A stretch of DNA of 64,000 bases. It comes from Actinomycetota bacterium (GTDB taxonomy: Bacteria; Actinomycetota; UBA4738; HRBIN12). The translations under genes and the position numbers were made by a program. A model generated the notes under the pieces. That model was not told the origin of the DNA, did not search any database, and was given only the letters and a program-made list of their open reading frames with translations. Shown here in pieces: positions 18,918 through 27,073 of this stretch; positions within the stretch are counted from its first letter, which is position 1, and each line of letters starts with the position of its first letter. The stretch is taken from positions 18,697-82,696 of the forward strand of contig DASTHN010000069.1 of NCBI GenBank assembly GCA_035718185.1, in the 5' to 3' direction.

Positions 18918-20795
18918 CTACTCCGCCGAGGGCTCCAGGGCCCATCCGTAGAACCCCGCGAGCATCACGACCGCGCCCACGGCTGCGATCAGCCACGAGA
19001 AGATCACGCCGTACCCGAGCACGAACAGACCGACCGAGGCGACGAGCGGGTAGTACGAGGGCGACGGCATGTGGATCGCGTGGCCGCCTCCGTGACCAGC
19101 CTCCTCCTCGGCCGCGACGCCCGACCCGCCGGCGGGAACGGGGACGACCGTCCCGCCCTCCGTCTCGGCGTACTTGCGGTGCCAGGCCTCGTCGAGCGCG
19201 TGGACCGTCGGGATCTCATCGAAGTTGTGCTCGGGCGGCGGCGACGTCGTGAGCCACTCGAGCGTCCGGGCGTCCCAGGGGTCCGACTCCTCCCCTCGCG
19301 GCTTCCGGTGCGTCACCGCGACGTTCACGAGGAACACCAGCACCGAGGTCGCGATCGTGAACGCACCGATCGTCGAGACAAGGTTGTAGAACGTCAGCCC
19401 GAGCTCGGCGGGGTAGGTCTGGATCCGCCGCGGCATCCCCTGCAGACCGAGGATGTGCATCGGTCCGAACGTGAGGTTGAAGCCCACGAGCATGGTCCAG
19501 AAGGTGACCTTGCCGAGCGTCTCGCTCAGCCGCCGGCCGAAGATCTTGGGCCACCAGTAGTGCAGGCCCCCGAAGAGCCCGAAGATGGCGCCGCCGAACA
19601 GCACGTAGTGGAAGTGGGCGACGACGTAGTACGTGTCGGTCTGCTGGTAGTCCGACGGCACGACCGAGTGCGTCACGCCCGAGAGCCCCCCGATGATGAA
19701 CATCGAGACGAACCCGATCGAGAACAGCATCGGGGTGGGGAAGGTCAGGTCACCCTTCCACATCGTGCCGAGCCAGTTGAAGATCTTCACCCCCGTCGGC
19801 ACGGCGATGATGATCGTCGAGATGCCGAACGCGGTGTTCGCGATGGGTCCCAGTCCGACGGCGTACATGTGATGCACCCACACGCCGAACCCGATGAACC
19901 CGATCGCGATGCCGCTGAACACCACGAACTGGTATCCGAACAGCGGCTTGCGGCTGAACACCGGCAGGATCTCCGAGACGATGCCCATCGCCGGAAGGAC
20001 CAGGATGTAGACCTCGGGGTGGCCGAACAGCCAGAACAGGTGCTGCCACAGCACCGGGTCCCCCCCGGCGGCGGCGTCGAAGAAGTGCGTGCCGAACCGC
20101 TTGTCGAACAGCAGCTCGAACAGGGCGACCGAGATGACCGGCAGCGAGAACGCCAGCAGGAACTGGACGACCAGGCTCATCCACACGAAGACGGGCATCC
20201 GGAACAGCGTCATCCCCGGCGCACGCATGTTCAGGATCGTCACGGCCAGGTTCACGGCCGATACCGTGGAGGCGACGCCGGTCATCAGCAGGCCGATCGC
20301 GTAGAAGGTCATGCCGCGCGTCGGGTCCAGGACGGCGTTCGGGGCGTACCCGAACCACCCGCCGTTCGGCGCGCCGCCCAGGAACCAGCTGGAGTACACG
20401 AAGATGCCCCCCGCCAGGAACGCCCAGTAGCTGAAGGCGTTCAACCGCGGGAAGGCCACGTCCCTGGCGCCGATCATCAACGGCACCAGGTAGTTGATGA
20501 ACGCCGCCGAGAGCGGCATCACGACCAGGAACACCATCGTGACGCCGTGCATCGTGAAGACCTCGTTGTAGACCGAGGGCGACAGCAGCTCCTGGTTCGG
20601 CTGCGCGAGCTGGAGGCGGATCAGGAGCGCCTCGGATCCGCCGACGATGAAGAACGCGAAGGCCGTGACCCCGTAGAGGATCCCGATCTTCTTGTGGTCG
20701 ACGGTCGTCAGCCAGCTCCAGAACCCCGTCGTCGCGACGGGTCGTCGGAAGAGACCGCGGGTCGCTCCGTCGCGCGGGACGCTCACGCTCGCCAT
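18918..20795 (-). CDS. ctaD: cytochrome c oxidase subunit I (with a 2-TM C-terminal extension)
   Basis: WLTTVDHKKIGILYG..., WFGYAPN, HHMYAVG and VAHFHYV motifs. GGAGGA Shine-Dalgarno sequence before the ATG at 20795. Confidence 0.93.
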   Translation of the reverse strand: MASVSVPRDGATRGLFRRPVATTGFWSWLTTVDHKKIGILYGVTAFAFFIVGGSEALLIRLQLAQPNQELLSPSVYNEVFTMHGVTMVFLVVMPLSAAFINYLVPLMIGARDVAFPRLNAFSYWAFLAGGIFVYSSWFLGGAPNGGWFGYAPNAVLDPTRGMTFYAIGLLMTGVASTVSAVNLAVTILNMRAPGMTLFRMPVFVWMSLVVQFLLAFSLPVISVALFELLFDKRFGTHFFDAAAGGDPVLWQHLFWLFGHPEVYILVLPAMGIVSEILPVFSRKPLFGYQFVVFSGIAIGFIGFGVWVHHMYAVGLGPIANTAFGISTIIIAVPTGVKIFNWLGTMWKGDLTFPTPMLFSIGFVSMFIIGGLSGVTHSVVPSDYQQTDTYYVVAHFHYVLFGGAIFGLFGGLHYWWPKIFGRRLSETLGKVTFWTMLVGFNLTFGPMHILGLQGMPRRIQTYPAELGLTFYNLVSTIGAFTIATSVLVFLVNVAVTHRKPRGEESDPWDARTLEWLTTSPPPEHNFDEIPTVHALDEAWHRKYAETEGGTVVPVPAGGSGVAAEEEAGHGGGHAIHMPSPSYYPLVASVGLFVLGYGVIFSWLIAAVGAVVMLAGFYGWALEPSAE

Positions 20796-20814
20796 GGGTG
20801 TCCTCCGTCCTCCG

Positions 20815-21930
20815 TCACGTCAGGCTCTGCAGGTAGGCGACGAGTGCGTCGATCTCGTCCTTGGTGAGGCCGTAGTCGGGCATCCACGAGCCTTCCTTCA
20901 CCGCCGCCGGGTTGTCGAGCCACCTGGCCAGCTGGTCCGCATGGTCGTTCGGCAACCAGCAACCGGCGAAGCACTCGCGGCTGGCGAAGTGGGTCAGGTT
21001 CGGGCCGCCGTTCGCCACGACCGGGTTCCCGTTCGCGTCCTCGAGCCCCTGGATCGCATGGCAGGCGATGCACTGCCCGTTCAGGAACAGGTCCATGCCG
21101 GTGGCCGCGAGCGAGCCCGGGTCGGGGGTGACGGCGTCGGCCTGCTGGTTCCGTACCCACGCCTCGTAGTCGCTCGGCGAGTGCGCGACCACCGCGAACT
21201 TCATGTACGCGTGGGACAGGCCACAGAACTCCTTGCACTGTCCCGAGTACCGGCCGGGATGGTCCGCCTCGATCACGAGCGTGTTCGCCTGGCCCGGCAC
21301 CACGTCCTGCGTGCCGGCCAGCTCAGGGACCCAGAACGAGTGGATGACGCCGTCCCCGATCGCGGCGGGTTGAGCGCCGTCCGGCGGGCCGGGCTGGCAA
21401 TCCGACGGTGTCGGCTTGTCCTCGTACCCGAGGCCGACCGAACAGAGCGTCAGGACGACCGGCCGTCCGGTCGGGATGTGGAGCTCGTTCGCCGTGGTGA
21501 TGCCCTCCTTCGGGTAGTCGAACTCCCACCACCACTGATGTCCCAACACGTTGACCTCGAGCGTGTTGCCCTGCGGCTCCCGCGCCAGGTCGAAGATCGT
21601 CGTCACCGTCGGGACCGCGACGCCGGCGAGGATCAGCGCCGGAAGGATCGTCCACGCGATCTCGAGCCGGTTGTTGCCGTGGATCTGCGCCGGCATCTGC
21701 GCCGGGCGGTTCTTCCGTCTCCGGTACCGGATCACGAAGACGAGCAAGAGCCCCTCGACGAGGACGAAGACCGCGACCGCGATCCAGAAGACCGGGACGA
21801 ACAGGTTGTAGATCTTGTCCGCGTACGGACCCTGCGGGTTCAGCGAGTCCTGCGGCGCGTTCGTCGCGCACGCGGCGGCGATCACGGCCAGGCCGGCGAG
21901 GGGCCAAACCCACCGTTTCCGGGTACGCAT
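20815..21930 (-). CDS. ctaC: cytochrome c oxidase subunit II with a C-terminal cytochrome c domain (caa3-type)
   Basis: CuA site HSFWVPE...CKEFCGLSHAYM, followed by the heme c motif CIACH. Lipobox AAAC near the N-terminus. Confidence 0.9.
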   Translation of the reverse strand: MRTRKRWVWPLAGLAVIAAACATNAPQDSLNPQGPYADKIYNLFVPVFWIAVAVFVLVEGLLLVFVIRYRRRKNRPAQMPAQIHGNNRLEIAWTILPALILAGVAVPTVTTIFDLAREPQGNTLEVNVLGHQWWWEFDYPKEGITTANELHIPTGRPVVLTLCSVGLGYEDKPTPSDCQPGPPDGAQPAAIGDGVIHSFWVPELAGTQDVVPGQANTLVIEADHPGRYSGQCKEFCGLSHAYMKFAVVAHSPSDYEAWVRNQQADAVTPDPGSLAATGMDLFLNGQCIACHAIQGLEDANGNPVVANGGPNLTHFASRECFAGCWLPNDHADQLARWLDNPAAVKEGSWMPDYGLTKDEIDALVAYLQSLT

Positions 21931-22018
21931 GTCGTCCCTACTCCTCACGGGCTCGCCTCCGTCGGGCACGGAAGCTGTGGGACGATAGCACGGCCTCCCC
22001 GAGCGGTTGCAAGCGGCG

Positions 22019-22960
22019 TCACGTCGCGTACGAGTGGAGACCCACGATCCACAGGTTGACGGCGTAGTACGTCACGAGCAGCGACGCGAACCCGACGAGC
22101 GCGACGATCGCCGCCCGCCGCCCCTTCCATCCCGACGTCGCGCGCGCGTGCAGGTACCCGGCGAAGACGACCCATGTGATGAAGGACCAGGTCTCCTTGG
22201 GGTCCCATCCCCAGTACCGCCCCCACGCGCTCTCTGCCCAGATCGCTCCGGTGATGATGCCGAATGTCCAGATCGGGAAGCCGAACGCGATCATCCGGTA
22301 GGCGAGCCGATCCAGGGTCGAGGACGGCGGGAGCCACCCGCGGCGAGCGGGGGAGACGGCCGCCGGTGGCTCGTCGGCACCACCCTCGAAGTGCGGCGGC
22401 GCGTCGTCGAGGCTCACCGCGCCGCCCATGATCGGGGGCGAGCCCGGCGGCAGCCGCCGCTCCCGCCGCTCCTTCACGAGGTACAGGACGGTGAGCACGC
22501 CCCCGAGCGCGAGCAGCGACGAGCTCACGATCATCGAGCTCACGTGGACCTGCCGCCAGTAGGAGTTCAGCGCCGGGATCAGCGGGGCCGGGCCCACGTA
22601 GAGGAACAACACGGCGACCGCCATCGTGATGACGGCGAATCCAAGGACGAAGCCGCCGACGGTCCGGACGCGCGCGAGCCCCTCGACGAACACGAGGTAC
22701 GCGAGCACGACGAGGAACGAGAGCAGGAGGGAGTACTCGTACATGTTGCCGAGCGGGATCCGTTCGGCGGCGACGCCCCTGCCCACGATCGAGAGCAGAT
22801 GCGCGGCGAGCCCGAGACCCGTGGCCGCCACGGACACGGCCCACACCGTCTTCCTGCGGAACGCGAGGAAGTGGAACGCTGCGAGCATGCCGAACAGGTA
22901 CGCGAAGAACGCCACGGTGAACGCTCCCGTGGACAGCTCCGCCCACGTCTGCGTGCTCAC
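22019..22960 (-). CDS. ccsA: cytochrome c biogenesis protein CcsA/ResC (System II)
   Basis: Trp-rich heme-handling motif WGRYWGWDPKETW in a multi-TM protein. Confidence 0.9.
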   Translation of the reverse strand: MSTQTWAELSTGAFTVAFFAYLFGMLAAFHFLAFRRKTVWAVSVAATGLGLAAHLLSIVGRGVAAERIPLGNMYEYSLLLSFLVVLAYLVFVEGLARVRTVGGFVLGFAVITMAVAVLFLYVGPAPLIPALNSYWRQVHVSSMIVSSSLLALGGVLTVLYLVKERRERRLPPGSPPIMGGAVSLDDAPPHFEGGADEPPAAVSPARRGWLPPSSTLDRLAYRMIAFGFPIWTFGIITGAIWAESAWGRYWGWDPKETWSFITWVVFAGYLHARATSGWKGRRAAIVALVGFASLLVTYYAVNLWIVGLHSYAT

Positions 22961-24489
22961 GACCCCACCCTTTCCTCCGGGACCCGCCGCAGATCGCGCA
23001 CGAGTCGCGAGAACTCATCCTCGAACTGGCTCCGCCGCTGGAGCGCGAATCCTCCCACCTTCAGGAGCGTGCCCGCCCCGTCCGCCTCGGCCGTCACCCA
23101 GAGCTTCCGCCGCGACGTGTACAGGGCCGGCAGCAGTCCGAGGAGGATGAGGATAGCGGCCGCGAGCACGATCCACAGGCCCCGATCCCGACTCACCGTG
23201 AGGACCGTGTACTGACGAAGGTCGGGGAACGAGATCGTGAGGCCGCGTCCCAGGTCCACCGTCTCGCCCGCGCCGAGCACCCCCGTGTCGAGCGGGCGCA
23301 TGGCCGCGGTGTCCAGGACCCCGGCGCTCTGCACCAGCTCCGCACGCAGGTCACCCTCGAACGCCTCCCACGTCATCACCGGGGCGTACTCGACGAGCAT
23401 GGGCATCGCCTCCCCGGTCTCCAGCAGCGCCAGCAGGCCGCGGCGGTCCGGCCACAGCTCGAGGCGGATCCCGACCTGCGGCTGGAGCGACGGCAGCTTC
23501 ACGACGCAGTTCCAGGGGATCTGCAGCTGGCTCAGGCCCTCCGGGGAGCCATCCTGCTGGCAGACCACCGGGCCGTCGAAGATCGGCTCGCCATCCTGCT
23601 CGACGCGGATCACCGGTGCCCATCCGTACCCGAACTGGTAGAACTTCACGCCCTCGGCCTCGGCGGGGTGGTTCACGCGGATGGCGACCCGGTCGAGCTC
23701 TCTGCCCTCTGCGTCGAGGAGCGTCGCGTGCGTCACGAAGTCGCTCGGCTGCCCGGACGCCCGGTACGTCGCCCGGAAGTCGTCGACGTGAACCCGCACG
23801 CCCGAGTGGTCCTCGCCGAAGAACCGGCCCTCGCGGACCGTCCCGTCGTAGTTCGCGTGGGTCTCGGTCCACGTCTGGCCCTCGACGATCACCGCCTGGC
23901 CGCTGAAGCCGGTCCCCCGCCCCCAGACGATCCCGACCAGCAGCACCAGGAAGGCGACGTGGAACAGCAGGCTGCCTCCCTCGCGCCCGAGCCCCTTGTC
24001 GGCGGCGAGGGCCCGCGCTCCGTTCGGGCGGCTCACGCGGAACAGCCGCCGCCGGAGCAGCGTCCGGGCACGCCCGAGTGCCTGCTCGGGCGGGTCCGTC
24101 ACGGCGAGCTCGGCGTAGTGGCGCATCGCGTCGAGCTCGCGGGCCAGCGCCGGCCGCGTCCGCAGGTTGCGGACGAACGCTCGCGCCCGAGGCACGAGAC
24201 ACGCCACGAGCGACACGAGCAGCAACGAGTAGATCATCGTGAACCACCACGATCCGTACACGTCGAACAGGCCGAGCTGATCGAAGATGCGCGCGCGGAG
24301 CGGGTGGTCACGGAACGTCGCGGCGATGCGGGCGTCGGCAACACCCACCTGCGGCACGAGCGAGCCCGCGACGGCCGCGAGCGCTAGGAGCAGGAGCAGC
24401 ACGAGCGCGGTGCGCATCGAGCGGAGCGATCTCCACACGAGGGCCACGGACCGGCGGAGCGAGGACGAGGGAGCGGTGGGCGGGGACAT
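22957..24489 (-). CDS. resB: cytochrome c biogenesis protein ResB/Ccs1 (System II)
   Basis: N-terminal TM helices with ...FDVYGSWWFTMIY..., a large extracytoplasmic domain and a C-terminal TM. Overlaps the ccsA start by 4 nt. Confidence 0.88.
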   Translation of the reverse strand: MSPPTAPSSSLRRSVALVWRSLRSMRTALVLLLLLALAAVAGSLVPQVGVADARIAATFRDHPLRARIFDQLGLFDVYGSWWFTMIYSLLLVSLVACLVPRARAFVRNLRTRPALARELDAMRHYAELAVTDPPEQALGRARTLLRRRLFRVSRPNGARALAADKGLGREGGSLLFHVAFLVLLVGIVWGRGTGFSGQAVIVEGQTWTETHANYDGTVREGRFFGEDHSGVRVHVDDFRATYRASGQPSDFVTHATLLDAEGRELDRVAIRVNHPAEAEGVKFYQFGYGWAPVIRVEQDGEPIFDGPVVCQQDGSPEGLSQLQIPWNCVVKLPSLQPQVGIRLELWPDRRGLLALLETGEAMPMLVEYAPVMTWEAFEGDLRAELVQSAGVLDTAAMRPLDTGVLGAGETVDLGRGLTISFPDLRQYTVLTVSRDRGLWIVLAAAILILLGLLPALYTSRRKLWVTAEADGAGTLLKVGGFALQRRSQFEDEFSRLVRDLRRVPEERVGS

Positions 24490-24533
24490 CCGGAGACGAC
24501 GATCCTAGCGGGAAGGGCTCGCGATCGCCCGCG

Positions 24534-25295
24534 TCAGATCGGTGGGCTGAAGTTGGAGATGGCCCGCAGGATCGGCCCGATCAGGCTGGTCCACGTGTTC
24601 GTGAACACGAGGATCCCGATCGCGATCATGATCGCGCCGGACACCCCCGCGAACCAGTGGTAGTTCCGTTTCACGAACGCCAGGGCGCGCATCAGGCGTC
24701 GGATGCCCACGCCCACCAGGAGGAACGGCAGCCCGAGCCCCATGGAGTACATGAACAGCAGGAACGCGCCGCGCGCCGAGCCGCCCTGGGCCGCGGCGAT
24801 CGCGAGGACGCCGGCCAGGACCGGTCCGATGCAGGGCGTCCACCCGGCCCCGAAGGCCACCCCGAGCGGGAACGCCCACGCGGGCCCCGGCTTGACCTTG
24901 GCGAGCAGCGGCCGGCGCTCCATGAACAGGCCCGGCGCGCCCCATCGGAGCGCCTCGAGCAGCATGAGCACCCCGAAGGCCACGATGATCAGCCCCGAGA
25001 TCCGGATCCCGAGCGGGGACCGAAGGATCTCGGTCATCGTCGCGGTGAAGGCGCCCAGGGCCGTGAACACGGCGGCGAACCCGCCGATGAACAGCAGGAT
25101 CGGCACGATGGGCCGCCGCTGGTCGACGCCCTCGATCGCGGCCGCGTCGCCCCCGGCGACGAAGGAAAGGTACCCCGGTACCAGCGGGAACACGCACGGC
25201 GACGCGAACGACACGACCCCGGCCGCGAACGCGAGCGCGGGCGCCCACCATGACGCCAGGCCCTCCTCGACGAACCCCGCGAGCACGGCACGCAT
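24534..25295 (-). CDS. ccdA: cytochrome c biogenesis thiol-reductant transporter CcdA
   Basis: Two conserved membrane Cys motifs (FASPCVFPLVPGY, GWTPCIGPVLAG). ORF 24534..25406 trimmed to the ATG at 25295. Confidence 0.88.
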   Translation of the reverse strand: MRAVLAGFVEEGLASWWAPALAFAAGVVSFASPCVFPLVPGYLSFVAGGDAAAIEGVDQRRPIVPILLFIGGFAAVFTALGAFTATMTEILRSPLGIRISGLIIVAFGVLMLLEALRWGAPGLFMERRPLLAKVKPGPAWAFPLGVAFGAGWTPCIGPVLAGVLAIAAAQGGSARGAFLLFMYSMGLGLPFLLVGVGIRRLMRALAFVKRNYHWFAGVSGAIMIAIGILVFTNTWTSLIGPILRAISNFSPPI

Positions 25296-25374
25296 CCGAG
25301 CCAAGTGTAGGGGCGAACCTCGACGCGAGCGGGGTTGCGGGCACGCGTGCATCCTTGGCATAGTGTCCGCCGGC

Positions 25375-25392
25375 TCGTGAACGCCTTCACAA
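25375..25392. promoter_or_regulatory. Rex operator-like inverted repeat TCGTGAA-CGCC-TTCACAA (1 mismatch to TTGTGAA-N4-TTCACAA)
   Basis: Read directly in the 196-nt divergent region between ccdA (the oxidase block) and the Rieske/cyt b operon. Confidence 0.65.
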
Positions 25393-25437
25393 AGGTGAGG
25401 GTGCACGCGTCAGGCGGGGGATCCGACGGACCGCGGC

Positions 25438-25443
25438 TATAAT
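25438..25443 (+). promoter_or_regulatory. candidate -10 box, perfect TATAAT
   Basis: ggcTATAATcgc lies 49 nt upstream of the first ATG of the Rieske/cyt b operon. This is a striking AT hexamer in a ~70% GC background. No convincing -35 was found. Confidence 0.4.
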
Positions 25444-25491
25444 CGCCGCGCCGCGAGCGGGGATCGGTTCGAGCGTGAGGATGAGGTCCGC

Positions 25492-25863
25492 ATGAGTGAA
25501 CGGCTCCAGCAGGCCAAGCAGCGTGCCGAGTCGTTCGTGCGGGACTTCGAGTGGTCCTGGACGACCGCGGTCGCGGTCTCCATCGGATTCGTGTTCTTCC
25601 TGCTCATCACCGCGGTCGTCATCCCCTCGTTCTGGATGTACTTCGCCGAACAGAAGCTCGGATGGGGCGGGCCGACGGACCTCGAGGCGTTCCTGCAGAG
25701 CCCGATCAGCCAGGAGGGCGCGCTGCAGCTGCGGGACGCCATCGCGATGGGACTCGCCACCGGTCCGATCATCACGGCGATGGTCCTCGCGGTGCTCCTG
25801 CAGAACTGGCGCAAGAAGCTCCGCGGCGGCTCGGCCGACCGGCCGACGGGTGGGTACCGCTGA
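25492..25863 (+). CDS. small 2-TM membrane protein, unknown function (first gene of the Rieske/cyt b operon)
   Basis: ORF track 123 aa. Two hydrophobic helices (AVAVSIGFVFFLLITAVVIPSFW, GPIITAMVLAVLLQNW). GAGG-rich Shine-Dalgarno sequence. Its stop overlaps the ferredoxin ATG (ATGA). Confidence 0.75.
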   Translation: MSERLQQAKQRAESFVRDFEWSWTTAVAVSIGFVFFLLITAVVIPSFWMYFAEQKLGWGGPTDLEAFLQSPISQEGALQLRDAIAMGLATGPIITAMVLAVLLQNWRKKLRGGSADRPTGGYR

Positions 25864-26258
25864 TGCCCTTCACGAAGACCGAGGTCGACGTGCACACCGA
25901 CTACGTGGTCGAGGCGGTGGATGCCGCCTGGCTCGCGCAGGGCGTGCGCTCGCCGAAGCACCTGATGCTCGACCCGGACAACTGCATCCTGTGCCGGGCG
26001 TGTGAGGACGTCTGTCCCTGGAACTGCATCTACATGATGTCGACCGGGATCGTCGAGGGCGCGCGGGACGACGCCGTCGAGGCGGAGGTGGGCAACGCGT
26101 ACGCGGTGTTCGTCGTCGACGACAACGCGTGCACGCGCTGCTCCGTCTGTGTCGATCGCTGCCCCACCGACACGCTGTACTATGCGCGGCTGCCGGAAGA
26201 CGTCGGCGGCCGGCGCACGATGGCCTCCGTGCCGGCCTCGCAGAAGGCCGAGGAGTAG
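25863..26258 (+). CDS. 2x[4Fe-4S] ferredoxin-type protein
   Basis: CILCRACEDVCP and CTRCSVCVDRCP motifs. 131 aa with no TM helix. High GC3. Confidence 0.85.
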   Translation: MPFTKTEVDVHTDYVVEAVDAAWLAQGVRSPKHLMLDPDNCILCRACEDVCPWNCIYMMSTGIVEGARDDAVEAEVGNAYAVFVVDDNACTRCSVCVDRCPTDTLYYARLPEDVGGRRTMASVPASQKAEE

Positions 26259-26285
26259 GACCGAGGGGACGAGGGGAAGAACCGG

Positions 26286-27056
26286 GTGAAGCTGAAGCCG
26301 CCGTCGCCGGGAGCCGTCCTCGACCGCGTCCGCGACACCGAGGTCTGGAAGTCGATCTTCCGGCCCGGCTCGATCTTCCGCAGGGGCTACAAGGACACGT
26401 CCCGGGACCGGGCGCTCTCGACGATGAACAACGTCCTGTACCACCTCCACCCTGTCAAGATGAAGCGGCACGGCCTGAAGCTGACCTACACCTTCTGTCT
26501 GGGTGGCCTCTCGTTCTTCCTGTTCATCCTGCTGACGGTCACCGGCATCTTCCTGATGTTCTTCTACCGCCCGATGGCCGAGCTGGGCTCCGCGCAGGCG
26601 TATACGGACATGCAGAGCATCCGCACGTCCGTGTTCTTCGGCGACCTGGTGCGGAACCTCCACCGGTGGGGGGCTCACCTCATGGTGCTGTCCGTCACGC
26701 TGCATATGGCTCGCGTCTTCTACACGGGCGCCTACAAGCCGCCGCGCGAGTTCAACTGGGTCGTGGGCGTGGTGTTGCTGTTCCTCACCCTCGGCCTGTC
26801 GTTCACCGGCTACCTCCTCCCGTGGGATCAGCTCGCGATCTGGGCCGTGACCGTCGGGACCTCGCTCGGTGGGTACGCGCCGTTCATCGCGAAACAGGCG
26901 AACTTCCTGCTGTTGGGCGGGGTGGTGGTCGGACCGGAGACGCTGCTGCGTTGGTACGTGCTCCACGTCCTCGCGCTGCCGTTCGTGCTCGTGCTCTTCC
27001 TCGCGGTGCACTTCTGGCGGATCCGCAAGGACGGCGGCATCTCCGGACCCCTGTAG
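26286..27056 (+). CDS. qcrB: cytochrome b6-type subunit (N-terminal half of a split cytochrome b)
   Basis: Heme His pairs ([31 protein letters not shown]), PWDQ motif, FCLGG Cys. Ends ...GGISGPL, like plastid/cyanobacterial b6. GTG start. Confidence 0.9.
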   Translation: MKLKPPSPGAVLDRVRDTEVWKSIFRPGSIFRRGYKDTSRDRALSTMNNVLYHLHPVKMKRHGLKLTYTFCLGGLSFFLFILLTVTGIFLMFFYRPMAELGSAQAYTDMQSIRTSVFFGDLVRNLHRWGAHLMVLSVTLHMARVFYTGAYKPPREFNWVVGVVLLFLTLGLSFTGYLLPWDQLAIWAVTVGTSLGGYAPFIAKQANFLLLGGVVVGPETLLRWYVLHVLALPFVLVLFLAVHFWRIRKDGGISGPL

Positions 27057-27073
27057 GCCAGACGAGGAGACAG

